Below are positions 22,849-32,564 of a DNA stretch of 64,000 nucleotides, in pieces; positions within the stretch are counted from its first letter, which is position 1, and the number at the start of each line of letters is the position of its first letter. A program made the translations under genes and the position numbers. The notes under the pieces are model-generated. The model was not told the origin of the DNA, did no database searches, and saw nothing but the letters and a program-made list of their open reading frames with translations. Source of the stretch: Planctomycetota bacterium (GTDB lineage Bacteria > Planctomycetota > UBA1135 > UBA2386); contig OZ245838.1 of NCBI GenBank assembly GCA_965228735.1, forward strand, positions 1,248,001-1,312,000, in the 5' to 3' direction.

Positions 22849-23490
22849 TCAAGCTTGTTTCGTCAGGTTCGCCGGGCCGGATTCGGTCGCCGCGAAGCAG
22901 AGCCGCAGGCCCTCCGTAGCCTCGATGCGAAGGTCCGGTCGGGCGCCGCCGAGCGCCTGCGCGAGCGCCCCGGCGAGCTCGCTCCACGCGAGCGGAAACG
23001 GCAGTTCACCAGCCGCCGGCACGAACGAGAGCGCCACCTGCACGACACCCCCACCCGCCGTGAGCCGCACGCGCACGCCGCCGGTCGCCCCGACCGGCAG
23101 CGCCTCCGCGAGCAGCCGAATGGCGATGACGACGGCCGGACAGAAGCTGCCGGCGTCCACCTCGTGCCGCGTCGACGGACCGGACGCGCCCGCGCATTCC
23201 GGCAGCGCGAGGGTCAGGGTCTGACCGCGTTCACGCAGTTGCAGGCGGGTGAGGTCGGCGATGACCTCGAGCAGATCCCCGGCCGGCTGCGGCGGCTCCC
23301 AAGAAGGCCCCATCAAGGCCCGGGCAACCCGCAGAGCCGCAGTCGCGCGGTCGGTCGCGGCGAGGACGGTCGCGTGCGGGACGGGCCGATCGGGCAACTG
23401 CGCCAACCCCTGCATCGTGAAGATCGCGTTACCGATGCGGTGCACGAAGCCCGGCATCACGAACGCCAGCGTTGCAGGGTCGGACGTCAT
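22849..23490 (-). CDS. Hypothetical protein (possible degenerate histidine-kinase-like fold)
   Basis: N-terminal GFVHRIGNAI resembles an H-box; no clear ATP-binding G boxes. Confidence 0.45.
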   Translation of the reverse strand: MTSDPATLAFVMPGFVHRIGNAIFTMQGLAQLPDRPVPHATVLAATDRATAALRVARALMGPSWEPPQPAGDLLEVIADLTRLQLRERGQTLTLALPECAGASGPSTRHEVDAGSFCPAVVIAIRLLAEALPVGATGGVRVRLTAGGGVVQVALSFVPAAGELPFPLAWSELAGALAQALGGARPDLRIEATEGLRLCFAATESGPANLTKQA

Positions 23491-23533
23491 GGTTGTTCGT
23501 CCCTTCATATCGTGACCCCCGGCCGAGTTAACG

Positions 23534-23621
23534 ACCAGAATCGCCAGCCCCCGGAATCGCTGCCCCCGGAATCGCTGCCCCCGGAATCGCTGCCCCCGGA
23601 TCACTGCCGCCGGAATCGGCC
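23534..23621. repeat. Tandem 15-bp repeat CCCCCGGAATCGCTG
   Basis: Three exact units at 23548-23592 plus degenerate flanking units; intergenic. Confidence 0.9.
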
Positions 23622-23640
23622 CGAGCCCGGCAGATGGTCC

Positions 23641-24957
23641 CTACGGGAACTCGCCAGCGCGCGCGCGCGACATCTCGCTGAGCGTGGCGCGCAGCGGCCC
23701 GAGCGGTCGGTCGTCGCGAACGACCTCGAGCGCGAGCTCGCCGCCCGGTCGGCCCTCGACGATGCGCTTGTGCAGCGCCGACGCATCGGCCACCGGGGCC
23801 CCGTCGACGGCGACGACGAGATCGCCGCGCAAGAGCCCCGCGCGTTCGGCCGGCGCGCCCGGCACGACGCGCACGATGCGCGCCCCGCCGCCCGGGTTGC
23901 CCGCCGCGTCGAGGCGTCGACTCGTCGCGAACTCGATGCCGAGGTAACCACGCCGAACGACGCCGTCCTTGCTGCGCTCGACCTCGGTCAGCGTCCACTT
24001 CAACGTGCGGCTCGGCACGGCGAACGAAATGCCCTCGGCGTCGGCCGCGGCCTGGGTCGTGACACCGACGACCCGACCCGAGACGTCGAGGACCGGACCA
24101 CCCGAGCTCCCCGGGTTGACCGGCGCGCTGATCTGCACGAAGTCGTTCGTCACCCGCAGATCGTTGTGCGGCAGGTGACGCCCGACGAAGCTCACGACGC
24201 CCGCCGTCACCGTCTGGGAGAAGCCGTAGGGATTGCCGAGCGCGACGATCCAATCCCCGGCGCGGAGGTCCTCGCTCGCGCCGAGCGGCAACGCCGGCAG
24301 GTCGGCCGGCACCTCTCGGAGGCGCAGCACGGCCAGGTCGGTCGCCTCGTCCTCACCGACGAGATCGGCGCGGAACGCACCGTGACCCGGCACGACGACG
24401 TCGATCCCGCGCGCGCCGAGGACGACGTGGCGACTCGTCACGACCAGACCGCGCGCGTTGACGAGAAAGCCCGAACCGTTGCGGTAGCCGACCTCGGGCT
24501 CGAAGACGGAACGGGCAGCCGCATTCGCTGCATCCGTGCGAATTGCCACGTCCGAGTCGGTCGCCGCGTCCACGTAGGGTCCGGCCCCGGCGCTCGCGGC
24601 CGGTTCGCCAGCCGAGGCGTCGAGGTCCTCGCCGTTCGGCGGAGCCCCGGCCTCGCTCGCGAAGAGCGCGCTCGCCGGCACGAGTCGCGCCCGCACGCTC
24701 ACGACGCCGGGCCGGGCCGCGGCGACGATGTCGGCGAACGACGTCAGCGTGCCAGCGCGTTGCGCGGCGCCGTCGGCGCGGGTTTCGGACTCCTGCCACA
24801 CCGCCGGCCGCTCGGTCGTTCGCGTCCAGCGCCCGACCGCGATCCCGAGGCCGAGGCACGCGATCCCGGCGAGCGCGGCCCGCCAGCCGAATCGCCCGAC
24901 CCAGCCAGCCCGCGGCGCCGTCGGCGCCGGTTCGTCGGTCCTGTCACGCCCGTCCAC
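23641..24957 (-). CDS. HtrA/DegP-family serine protease with one PDZ domain
   Basis: GSGFLV, TSRHVV (His), TDLAV (Asp), NPGSSGGP (Ser), C-terminal PDZ; start estimated at GTG 24957. Confidence 0.88.
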   Translation of the reverse strand: MDGRDRTDEPAPTAPRAGWVGRFGWRAALAGIACLGLGIAVGRWTRTTERPAVWQESETRADGAAQRAGTLTSFADIVAAARPGVVSVRARLVPASALFASEAGAPPNGEDLDASAGEPAASAGAGPYVDAATDSDVAIRTDAANAAARSVFEPEVGYRNGSGFLVNARGLVVTSRHVVLGARGIDVVVPGHGAFRADLVGEDEATDLAVLRLREVPADLPALPLGASEDLRAGDWIVALGNPYGFSQTVTAGVVSFVGRHLPHNDLRVTNDFVQISAPVNPGSSGGPVLDVSGRVVGVTTQAAADAEGISFAVPSRTLKWTLTEVERSKDGVVRRGYLGIEFATSRRLDAAGNPGGGARIVRVVPGAPAERAGLLRGDLVVAVDGAPVADASALHKRIVEGRPGGELALEVVRDDRPLGPLRATLSEMSRARAGEFP

Positions 24958-25131
24958 GGGGCCCAGGTTACCGCATCGCAGCGGGGGCGCCCAGCGCCGA
25001 CGCGCCGGGAGGTTCGCCCGATGTCCGGGTCGTGACGCTGCCCTGGACCGGGGCGCCGTCGGACCGTATCCACGAGGTCTACGGCGGTCGAACTCACCGA
25101 ATCGCCACCCCGCCCGATCGCCACGCTGCCC

Positions 25132-26658
25132 ATGACCGACGCCTACGAAGCCCTGCTCGACCATCACCGCGAGATCTTCCTGTTGGGCTCGACGGCCGCG
25201 CTGCTCGGCTGGGACCAGGAGACGTTCATGCCGGCCGGCGCGGGTTCGACGCGCGCGGACCAGCTCGCCTTGCTCGCGCGGCTGCAGCACGAACGCGCGA
25301 CGGACGCCCGCATCGACGAGTGGCTCGGGCGCTGCGAGAGCGGCGACCGGCAGGACTCGGCCGGGACGGACGACGACCCCGACGGCGCGCTCCGGCGGGC
25401 CAACGTCCGCGGCTTCCGGCGCGACTACGACCGCGCGACCCGCCTGCCGGCGGCGCTCGTCGCCGAGCTCGCCGAGGTCGAGAGCCGCGCGCAGCAGGCC
25501 TGGGCCGACGCCAGGGCACGATCCGACTTCGCGGGCTTTCGGCCGTGGCTCGAACGCATGGTCACGCTGCAGCAGCAGAAGGCCGACTGCCTGCGCCAGG
25601 GCGACCAATCGCGTTGGGACGCGCTCGCCGATCTCTACGAGCCGGGCCTGCGCGCCGCGGACCTCGAGGACCTGTTCGGCCCCCTGCGCGAACGCCTCGT
25701 CGCGCTGCGCGAACGCGTCGCCGGCGGCAACGCGCCCGACGATGCGTTCCTCCGCGCGGAATTCCCGATCGAGAATCAGGCGGCGTTCGTGCGCGCCGTC
25801 GTCACCGCGATGGGCTTCGACTTCACGCGCGGCCGGATCGACCGCAGCGCGCACCCGTTCTGCACCGGCACCGGCGCGGACGTGCGCCTCACGACGCGCT
25901 TCCACAAGGACAACGTGATCGACGCGCTCGGCTCGACGATGCACGAGGGCGGTCACGGCCTCTATGAGCAGGGGCTGCCGCCGGACCGGCGCGGCTCCCC
26001 GCTCGGCGAGGCGGTCTCGCTCGGCATCCACGAGAGCCAGAGCCGGCTGTTCGAGAACCACATCGGCCGCAGCCGCGCGTTCTGGCACTGGTGCTGGCCG
26101 ATCGCGCGCGAGCACCTCGGCGGCGAAACGAGCGGGTTCTCCGGCCACGCCGCCTACCGCGCCGCCAACCGGGTGCAGCCGAGCCTGATTCGCGTCGAGG
26201 CGGACGAGGCGACCTACGATCTGCACATCATGGTGCGCTTCGTGATCGAGCGGGAGCTCATCGCCGGTGACCTCGCCGTCGCGGACCTGCCCGCGCGGTG
26301 GAACGCGCTCTACCTCGACTACCTCGGCGTCGAGGTGCCCGACGACCGCCGCGGCTGCCTGCAGGACGTGCATTGGTCGTGCGGTCTGTTCGGCTATTTC
26401 CCGACCTACACGCTCGGCAACCTGTACGCGGCGCAGTTCGCGGCCGCCGCGGACCGCGCCCTCTCTGGCCGAACCGTCGCGCTGCTGGAGCAGGGCGACT
26501 TCGCGCCGCTGCGCAAGTGGCTGCACGAGAACGTGCACCGCCACGGTCGGCGGTTCGATCCGGCGGAGCTCTGCGAACGCGCGACCGGCGCGCCGCTGTC
26601 GAGCGAGCCGTACATCACCTACCTCGAGACCAAGCTCGCCGAGGTGTACGAACTATGA
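25132..26658 (+). CDS. Carboxypeptidase, M32 family
   Basis: WDQETFMP, HPF, HEGGH zinc motif, HESQSR, IRVEADE, QDVHW, GYFPTYTLGN. Confidence 0.95.
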   Translation: MTDAYEALLDHHREIFLLGSTAALLGWDQETFMPAGAGSTRADQLALLARLQHERATDARIDEWLGRCESGDRQDSAGTDDDPDGALRRANVRGFRRDYDRATRLPAALVAELAEVESRAQQAWADARARSDFAGFRPWLERMVTLQQQKADCLRQGDQSRWDALADLYEPGLRAADLEDLFGPLRERLVALRERVAGGNAPDDAFLRAEFPIENQAAFVRAVVTAMGFDFTRGRIDRSAHPFCTGTGADVRLTTRFHKDNVIDALGSTMHEGGHGLYEQGLPPDRRGSPLGEAVSLGIHESQSRLFENHIGRSRAFWHWCWPIAREHLGGETSGFSGHAAYRAANRVQPSLIRVEADEATYDLHIMVRFVIERELIAGDLAVADLPARWNALYLDYLGVEVPDDRRGCLQDVHWSCGLFGYFPTYTLGNLYAAQFAAAADRALSGRTVALLEQGDFAPLRKWLHENVHRHGRRFDPAELCERATGAPLSSEPYITYLETKLAEVYEL

Positions 26659-29600
26659 AGTCCCCCGCTCGCGTCCTGGCGACGGCGTTGTGGATCGCCG
26701 CGTTGACCCCGGCCCAGCAGCGCACGTCGCTCTCGGGTTCGGACGGGCTCGCGGGTTCGGACTGGACCGTGGACGGTCGCCCCGTGACCGTTCCGGCCGC
26801 GTTCGAGACCGCGCTCGGCAACGACTTCGACGGCGTCGCGCGCTACCGGCGCACGTTTCGCCTGCCGGCCAAGGCCACGCGCCGCGTGCGGCTCGAGTTC
26901 GACGCCGTCGCGACGCACGCGACGGTGATCCTGAACGGCATCGAGTGCGGTCAGCACCTCGGCGGCTGGACGCCGTTCCGCGTCGATGTCACGGCCGCGG
27001 CGAGCTGGGGCGCGGAGAACGTGCTCGAGGTCGTCGTCGACGAGAAGGTCGGACACAACACCCAGGGCTTCCTGCCGATCATCCAGCCGCACTTCGGCGG
27101 CATCTGGCAGGACGTGACGTTGTGCCTCGACGACGGGCCGGTCATCGACCGGCACGGGTTGTTCTTCTTGGGCCAGCTGCCGGGGGCCCAGCTAGCAGAG
27201 GGCCAACGATCGGGGAGCTGGGGCGAGGGCATGCTGCGGTACCGCGTCCCCGTGCTCGACGAGTCGCCGGGCACCGAGCTCATCGTGCGCGTTGGCGACG
27301 CGGAAGCGCGCAGCGCCGGCGGCAACGACGGCACGCTCAGGGTCACCAACCCTGAACCGTGGTCCCCGACGCGCCCGACGCTCTACACGGTCACCGCGGA
27401 GCTGCGATACCTCGGCCGCGTGGTCGACCGCGTCGAACGCCGCGTCGGCTTCCGCGATCTGCGCGCCGACGGCACGACGGTCCTGTGGAACGGCAGCCCG
27501 TTCCAGATGCGCGGCATCCTGCACTGGGGCTACTCGCCGCCGCACCTCGCGCCGCCGACCGGCCGCGAGTACTGGCGCCGGCAGCTCCGCGACTTCAAGA
27601 GCCTCGGCTTCAACTGCGTCAAGTGCTGCCTCTGGGTGCCGCCGCGCTGCTTCTACGAGCTCTGCGACGAGATCGGGCTCGTCGTCTGGCAGGAGTATCC
27701 GACCTGGCATCCGCAGATGGACCAGGCGCACAAAGAGGAGCTGCTGACCGAGTACGGCGAGTTCTTCGGCCACGACCGCAGCCACCCATCCGTCGCGTTC
27801 CGCAGCATCACGTGCGAGACCGGCCACGGCGCGGATCTCGATGTGGTGACGGCGCTGTTCCACGCGTGCAAGGCGGCGTGCCCCGACACGCTCGTCGTCG
27901 ACGACAGCTCGTGGATCGGCTGGCAGCGGATCACCGACTTCTGGGACGAACATCCGTACGGCAACAACACGTGGTTCCCCGGCCGGCTCGAGGACTTCAA
28001 GAAGCACATCGCGGAGAAGGGCGACAAGCCCTTGCTGCTCGGTGAGGCGCTGGCTGGCGACACGTGGGTCGACCTGGACGCGTTCCGCGCCAAACACGGC
28101 GACGGCGATGCGAGCGAGATCTGGTGGCAACCGTGGTGCTGGGACGCGCAACCCGCGATCGAGGACTGGCTCGCGAACGAGTTCGATCAGGCGACCGTCG
28201 ATTCCCTGCTGCCCGAGTCCCGCGCGTTCGCGATGCGAAACCGCAAGTTCCAGATCGAACAGCTGCGGCAGTCGATCCCCGACGCCGGCTATGTCGTCTC
28301 CGTGGCACGCGACTTCGGCAAAGCCCGCATGGGCTTCTACGACGACCAGGACGAGCTGAAATGGAACGCCGACGACTGGGTTTGGCATCGCGACACCATG
28401 ATCTGCCTCGTCGGTGGACCGAGCCGCGTGACCGGCACGGACTTCGCCGACGCGGTCGGAGTGCGGGTATCCCACTTCGGAACGGAGCCGCTGCGCGGCG
28501 AGCTACGGCTGTGGTGCGCGGATCCACCGCGTGAGGTCCGGGTGCCGCTGCAGCTGCAACCCGGCGAGATCAGCGCGCCGATCGGCCTGAACATCGGCCT
28601 GCGCGACGTCGCGGTGGCGCGCTATCGCGTGCACGCCGAGCTCACGGGCACCCACCGCGCCCGCAACGCCTGGGAACATTGGCACGTCGGCCGCGCCACG
28701 CCCAACGTAGCCGGCACCGAGGTCGTCACCGAGCTCACGCCGGCGGTCCTCGATCGGCTGATCGCGGGAGCCCGGGTGCTGCTGCTCGCCGGTGATCGGC
28801 CGGGCTCGGTTCGCACCGAGCACCTCTGGCTGCTCAAGGGCGGCCCGTTCGCGCCGGCGCACTCGGTCCACGCGCGCGTACCGGTCGACCTGCTGCTGCA
28901 GCTGTCGTCCTTCGATCTCGAATCCGAACGCCTCATGCCCTGGGAGCCCTGGATGGGCGAGGTCGATCCGATCCTCGCGTTCTGGGAATCGCACGACATT
29001 CGTGACGTGAAGCTGCACCTGCAGGCATTCGACACGCGGGTCGGCAAGGGGCGGCTGCTCGTGACGAGCCTCGATCTGCGCGGCCCCTGGACGCGCCCCG
29101 GCTACCCCGCGACCCGCGCCGGCGCCGGCCCGTTCGTCGAATCCTGCTTCCGTCACCACCTCGCCCACGGCCCCGCCAGCAAGCGCGCGCTCTCGCAGGC
29201 CACCATCGCCGCCCTGCGCGGCAAGCTCGCCGAGAAGAAGCTCGACCTGCCGACCTGGCGCTTCCGCATGGACCCGGACGACGTCGGCAGGCAGCAGAAC
29301 TGGCACGCCCCCACCACCGACGTGAGCGGCGCCGACTGGCGCGACCTGCAGGCCGGGTCGCACTGGGAGAACCAGGGCGACGACCTGAAGCACTTCACCG
29401 GCATCGGCTGGTATCGCGTCGACGTCGACATCCCGGCGGACTGGCAGGACCTCGACGTGCGCGCGGTGTTCGAAGGCGTCGACGACAGCTTCGATCTCTG
29501 GGTCGACGGCGAGCACCTCGGCAGCTTCGGCGACCCGGTCGAGAAGGTCACGATCTGGCTCGAGCAGCAGGTCCAGGAGCTCGGCCGGCTCACGCCCGGC

Positions 29601-29711
29601 CGCCACACGATCGTGCTCCGGGTCGTCGATCACGCCGGTGCGGGCGGGCTCTGGAAGCCGGTGTTCCTCACCACGGGGCCGATCGGCAGCAAGAGCCGGC
29701 TGCTGCACTGA
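26655..29711 (+). CDS. Secreted glycoside hydrolase family 2-like protein with extra C-terminal sugar-binding domain
   Basis: Signal peptide, GH2 N-terminal sugar-binding motif (FDGVARYRRTF..LEFDAV..HLGGWTPF), FYELCDEIGLVVWQE, HPSV; second jelly-roll domain at the C-terminus. Confidence 0.8.
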   Translation: MKSPARVLATALWIAALTPAQQRTSLSGSDGLAGSDWTVDGRPVTVPAAFETALGNDFDGVARYRRTFRLPAKATRRVRLEFDAVATHATVILNGIECGQHLGGWTPFRVDVTAAASWGAENVLEVVVDEKVGHNTQGFLPIIQPHFGGIWQDVTLCLDDGPVIDRHGLFFLGQLPGAQLAEGQRSGSWGEGMLRYRVPVLDESPGTELIVRVGDAEARSAGGNDGTLRVTNPEPWSPTRPTLYTVTAELRYLGRVVDRVERRVGFRDLRADGTTVLWNGSPFQMRGILHWGYSPPHLAPPTGREYWRRQLRDFKSLGFNCVKCCLWVPPRCFYELCDEIGLVVWQEYPTWHPQMDQAHKEELLTEYGEFFGHDRSHPSVAFRSITCETGHGADLDVVTALFHACKAACPDTLVVDDSSWIGWQRITDFWDEHPYGNNTWFPGRLEDFKKHIAEKGDKPLLLGEALAGDTWVDLDAFRAKHGDGDASEIWWQPWCWDAQPAIEDWLANEFDQATVDSLLPESRAFAMRNRKFQIEQLRQSIPDAGYVVSVARDFGKARMGFYDDQDELKWNADDWVWHRDTMICLVGGPSRVTGTDFADAVGVRVSHFGTEPLRGELRLWCADPPREVRVPLQLQPGEISAPIGLNIGLRDVAVARYRVHAELTGTHRARNAWEHWHVGRATPNVAGTEVVTELTPAVLDRLIAGARVLLLAGDRPGSVRTEHLWLLKGGPFAPAHSVHARVPVDLLLQLSSFDLESERLMPWEPWMGEVDPILAFWESHDIRDVKLHLQAFDTRVGKGRLLVTSLDLRGPWTRPGYPATRAGAGPFVESCFRHHLAHGPASKRALSQATIAALRGKLAEKKLDLPTWRFRMDPDDVGRQQNWHAPTTDVSGADWRDLQAGSHWENQGDDLKHFTGIGWYRVDVDIPADWQDLDVRAVFEGVDDSFDLWVDGEHLGSFGDPVEKVTIWLEQQVQELGRLTPGRHTIVLRVVDHAGAGGLWKPVFLTTGPIGSKSRLLH

Positions 29712-29783
29712 GCCCACGGCATCGGCCCGCGCGGCCCCGGTTCGAGGCGCACCCTTGAGAAAGGGCCTGCCGCGCCGGATAAG

Positions 29784-30365
29784 ATGCCAGCCATGAAGGT
29801 CTCCAGTATCCAGCCGACTCCGAACCCCAACGCCTTCAAGTTCCTGACCGACGCGACGTTCGCGCCGCCCGGCCAGAACAAGCAGTTCGGCAAGCCCGAG
29901 GACGCCCAGAACGACGTGCTCGCCCAGGGCATGTTCGCGATCCCCGGCATCGAGACCCTGTTCTTCTGCGAGAACTTCGTGACCGTGAGCATGACGGGCG
30001 ACGCCGACTGGCGCGCGGTCGCCGAGCAGGTCACCCGCCTGCTCGAGAGCCACGAGATCGACGAGAGCGCGGCCCAGGCTCCGGCGAGTGGGAGCGAGAG
30101 CGACAACCCGCTCGACAAGCTGCCGAAGGGTGGCGACCCCGAGGTGCTCGGCAAGATCAACGCGCTGCTCGACGACCGCGTGCGCCCGGCGCTCGCCGGC
30201 GACGGCGGCGGCCTCGAGGTCATCGGGCTCGAGGAGAAGACGCTCTACATCCGCTACCAGGGTGCGTGCGGCAGTTGCCCGAGCTCGACCGCCGGCACGC
30301 TGATGGCGATCCAGAACCTGATCCAGAGCGAGATCGACGAAGACCTCGTCGTCGCGCCGTCGTAG
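29784..30365 (+). CDS. NifU/Nfu-family Fe-S cluster carrier
   Basis: TPNPNAFKF Nfu_N domain; VRPALAGDGG and GACGSCPSS. Confidence 0.92.
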   Translation: MPAMKVSSIQPTPNPNAFKFLTDATFAPPGQNKQFGKPEDAQNDVLAQGMFAIPGIETLFFCENFVTVSMTGDADWRAVAEQVTRLLESHEIDESAAQAPASGSESDNPLDKLPKGGDPEVLGKINALLDDRVRPALAGDGGGLEVIGLEEKTLYIRYQGACGSCPSSTAGTLMAIQNLIQSEIDEDLVVAPS

Positions 30366-30396
30366 GCCGGCCGGCCGACGTCGTCGGCCTCTCGTC

Positions 30397-30813
30397 ATGG
30401 CCACCCTGCCGCCGCGCGAGTGTCCCTGGTGCGGCGTTCGCCGCGCGCCGGTCCACGTGCACGGCCACGCCCAGTGCAGCAACTGCGGCATCAACATCGA
30501 GCCCTGCTGCGACGGCGCGGCCGCGGGTGGCGAGATCGCGGAGCAGGCGCTCGCGCCGCTGCGCGCCGACCCGGGCCTGTTCCGGCGGCTCTTCACTCGC
30601 CTCGGCGGCGAGACGGTCACCGTGACCGAGAACTCGCTGTCGTTCGCGCTCGTCGAACAGCTGTCGACCGACGTGCAGACCGCCCGCGACATCATCGCGG
30701 TCGGCGTGCAGATCGGGCAGCTGCAGTCCGCCGGCACGGGGTTGTTCCGGTGCGCGGACGAACCGCCGAACGAGAGCACGTCTGATTCCGGCCGCTCGGA
30801 TCGGCAGCGGTAG
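30397..30813 (+). CDS. Hypothetical protein with N-terminal Cys/His zinc-ribbon
   Basis: CPWC..HVHGHAQCSNC..PCC. Confidence 0.6.
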   Translation: MATLPPRECPWCGVRRAPVHVHGHAQCSNCGINIEPCCDGAAAGGEIAEQALAPLRADPGLFRRLFTRLGGETVTVTENSLSFALVEQLSTDVQTARDIIAVGVQIGQLQSAGTGLFRCADEPPNESTSDSGRSDRQR

Positions 30814-30831
30814 CCGCTACCATCCGCAGCG

Positions 30832-32262
30832 ATGCCGGCCCGCGACAGCACGCACCCGATCGACGCGTTCCTGACCGAGCGCCGGGTCACGCTGCTCGTC
30901 GTGCTCATCGGCGCGCTGCTGCGACTCACGGGCCTCACATCGCAGTCGCTCTGGCTCGACGAAGGCTTCTCGCTCGCCGCGGCGACGAGCGCCGATCCGA
31001 CGCCGATCATGTCGACCGACGGCCACCCCCCGCTCTTCGCATCCGTGCTGCGGATCTGGGTCGCGATGTTCGGCCCCGCGGCCGGCACGGCCCGCATGGT
31101 GCCGGCGCTCGCGTCCGTCGCGGCTCTCGCGATCGTCGCCTGGGGCCTGCGAACACGGCGATCCCCGGGCGGCGCTTCGACCCTCGCCCTCACGCTCTAC
31201 GCCGGGCTGCCGTTCCTCGTGTGGTACGCGCGCGAGCTGCGGCCGTACGCGTTCCTCGAACTCGGCGCCGCCGCGATGTTCACGGGCTGGCAGCTCGTGC
31301 GCGCGCGCCGAACGGCGATCGGGCTCGGCGTCGCGGCCGCCGGCGCTGCGTTCGCGATGTGGTCACACTACTTCGGGCTGTTCGCCCTGGGCAGCGTCGC
31401 ATTGCTCGCGATCGTCGACCCGGAGATGCACGGCCCGCGCTGGCGTCTGCCCGCGGTCCTCCTGCTCGCGGGCGCGACTGCGCTGCCGACCTGGGCAGAT
31501 ATGTTGCCGGAACAGATGGCGGTGCCGTGGGGCGCGCAGTGGCGCCTCACCCTCACCTACCTCGTGTCCCTGCCGTTGCGACTCGTCGTCGCCCAAGGTG
31601 GTTCGCTGCCGTCGGCGCTGGTCGGACTCGTCGGACTCGCGCTGGTCGGCTTGCTGCCGTTCGTTCTGCGCACGATCTGGCGCGGCGACGTCGGCTGGAA
31701 CTGGCTGCTCGCCCTGCTCGGGATCACCGCGCCGATCATCGCGACCCTCATCGCGAGCCTGCTCGTCGAACCGCGCTTCACCGCCCGCTACTTCATCATG
31801 GTGCCGCTCTACCTGTGCATCCTGCTCGGGTACGCGGCGACCAGCTGGCCGCGCCGCCGCACCCTGATCGTCGCGGCCGGCATCCTCGCGTTGTTCTCGG
31901 CCACCGACCTCTGGCTCCGCACCGAGGACGTGAACGACGGCTATCGCAGCGCATGCGCCTCCGTCCGCGAACGTTGGCAGCCCGGCGACCGAATCGGCGT
32001 GATCACCAGCATGCCGCTCGACCTCGGCGCCGGCCCGCTGCCCGCGTATCTCGGATCCGACATCCTCGCGGACGGCTACGACCTGACGTACGAGCCGGGT
32101 TGGAACGGCAGTCGCACGAACCGGGGGCGACTGCATCTGATCGTGCGGCTCATGGAGTACGTCCAGCAACACTACGACGAGGTGACGGAGGGCCTGCCGA
32201 TCGTCTACGACGGGCCGCTCCACAACGGGGTGAAGCACATCCTCGTCGAGTGGCCGGAGTAG
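30832..32262 (+). CDS. GT-C fold membrane glycosyltransferase (PMT/GT39-like)
   Basis: SLWLDE, HPPLF, RELRPY, SHYFG, RYF motifs; multi-TM. Confidence 0.8.
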   Translation: MPARDSTHPIDAFLTERRVTLLVVLIGALLRLTGLTSQSLWLDEGFSLAAATSADPTPIMSTDGHPPLFASVLRIWVAMFGPAAGTARMVPALASVAALAIVAWGLRTRRSPGGASTLALTLYAGLPFLVWYARELRPYAFLELGAAAMFTGWQLVRARRTAIGLGVAAAGAAFAMWSHYFGLFALGSVALLAIVDPEMHGPRWRLPAVLLLAGATALPTWADMLPEQMAVPWGAQWRLTLTYLVSLPLRLVVAQGGSLPSALVGLVGLALVGLLPFVLRTIWRGDVGWNWLLALLGITAPIIATLIASLLVEPRFTARYFIMVPLYLCILLGYAATSWPRRRTLIVAAGILALFSATDLWLRTEDVNDGYRSACASVRERWQPGDRIGVITSMPLDLGAGPLPAYLGSDILADGYDLTYEPGWNGSRTNRGRLHLIVRLMEYVQQHYDEVTEGLPIVYDGPLHNGVKHILVEWPE

Positions 32263-32353
32263 CCCGCCGTCGCGGCCGAAGTTGTCCCGCCGCCGTATTG
32301 CCCCGAGTCGCACGAGCCAGTACGACAAGCAGGTCAGCCTGCCAGGGCTCCGA

Positions 32354-32438
32354 GCCGGAGTGGCGGAATCGGCAGACGCACAGGTTTCAAAAACCTGCGA
32401 GGTAACTCGTGCGGGTTCAAGTCCCGCCTCCGGCACCA
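32354..32438 (+). tRNA. tRNA-Leu(CAA), integration site
   Basis: GCCGGAG acceptor stem, anticodon arm CAGGT-TTCAAAA-ACCTG, long variable arm, GTTCAAGTCCC, CCA. Confidence 0.97.
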
Positions 32439-32440
32439 TT
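32386..32440 (+). repeat. attL core (3' part of tRNA-Leu)
   Basis: TTCAAAAACCTGCGAGGTAACTCGTGCGGGTTCAAGTCCCGCCTCCGGCACCATT, identical to 49746-49800. Confidence 0.95.
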
Positions 32441-32503
32441 CATTGACTGACAACGACTTACGAGCGCTTCGCGACTCGTTTGCGAGGCGGCCGGAAGCAT
32501 CCC

Positions 32504-32524
32504 GGGGGCAAATCTGGGGGCAAA
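32504..32524 (+). promoter_or_regulatory. Putative integrase arm-type sites (GGGGGCAAA x2)
   Basis: GGGGGCAAATCTGGGGGCAAA; a near-identical pair lies at 49596-49617. Confidence 0.7.
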
Positions 32525-32564
32525 GCCCTGGCCTCACTCGGGCCCGCTCCCCATCATCCGGGGC

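Noticed and set aside
23534..23621. CRISPR array
   Set aside because: Head-to-tail 15-bp units with no unique spacers and no cas genes; the same applies to 55601-55648
24958..26544. Long N-terminal extension of the HtrA ORF (967 aa)
   Set aside because: Overlaps the M32 carboxypeptidase on the opposite strand; the real start is near 24957
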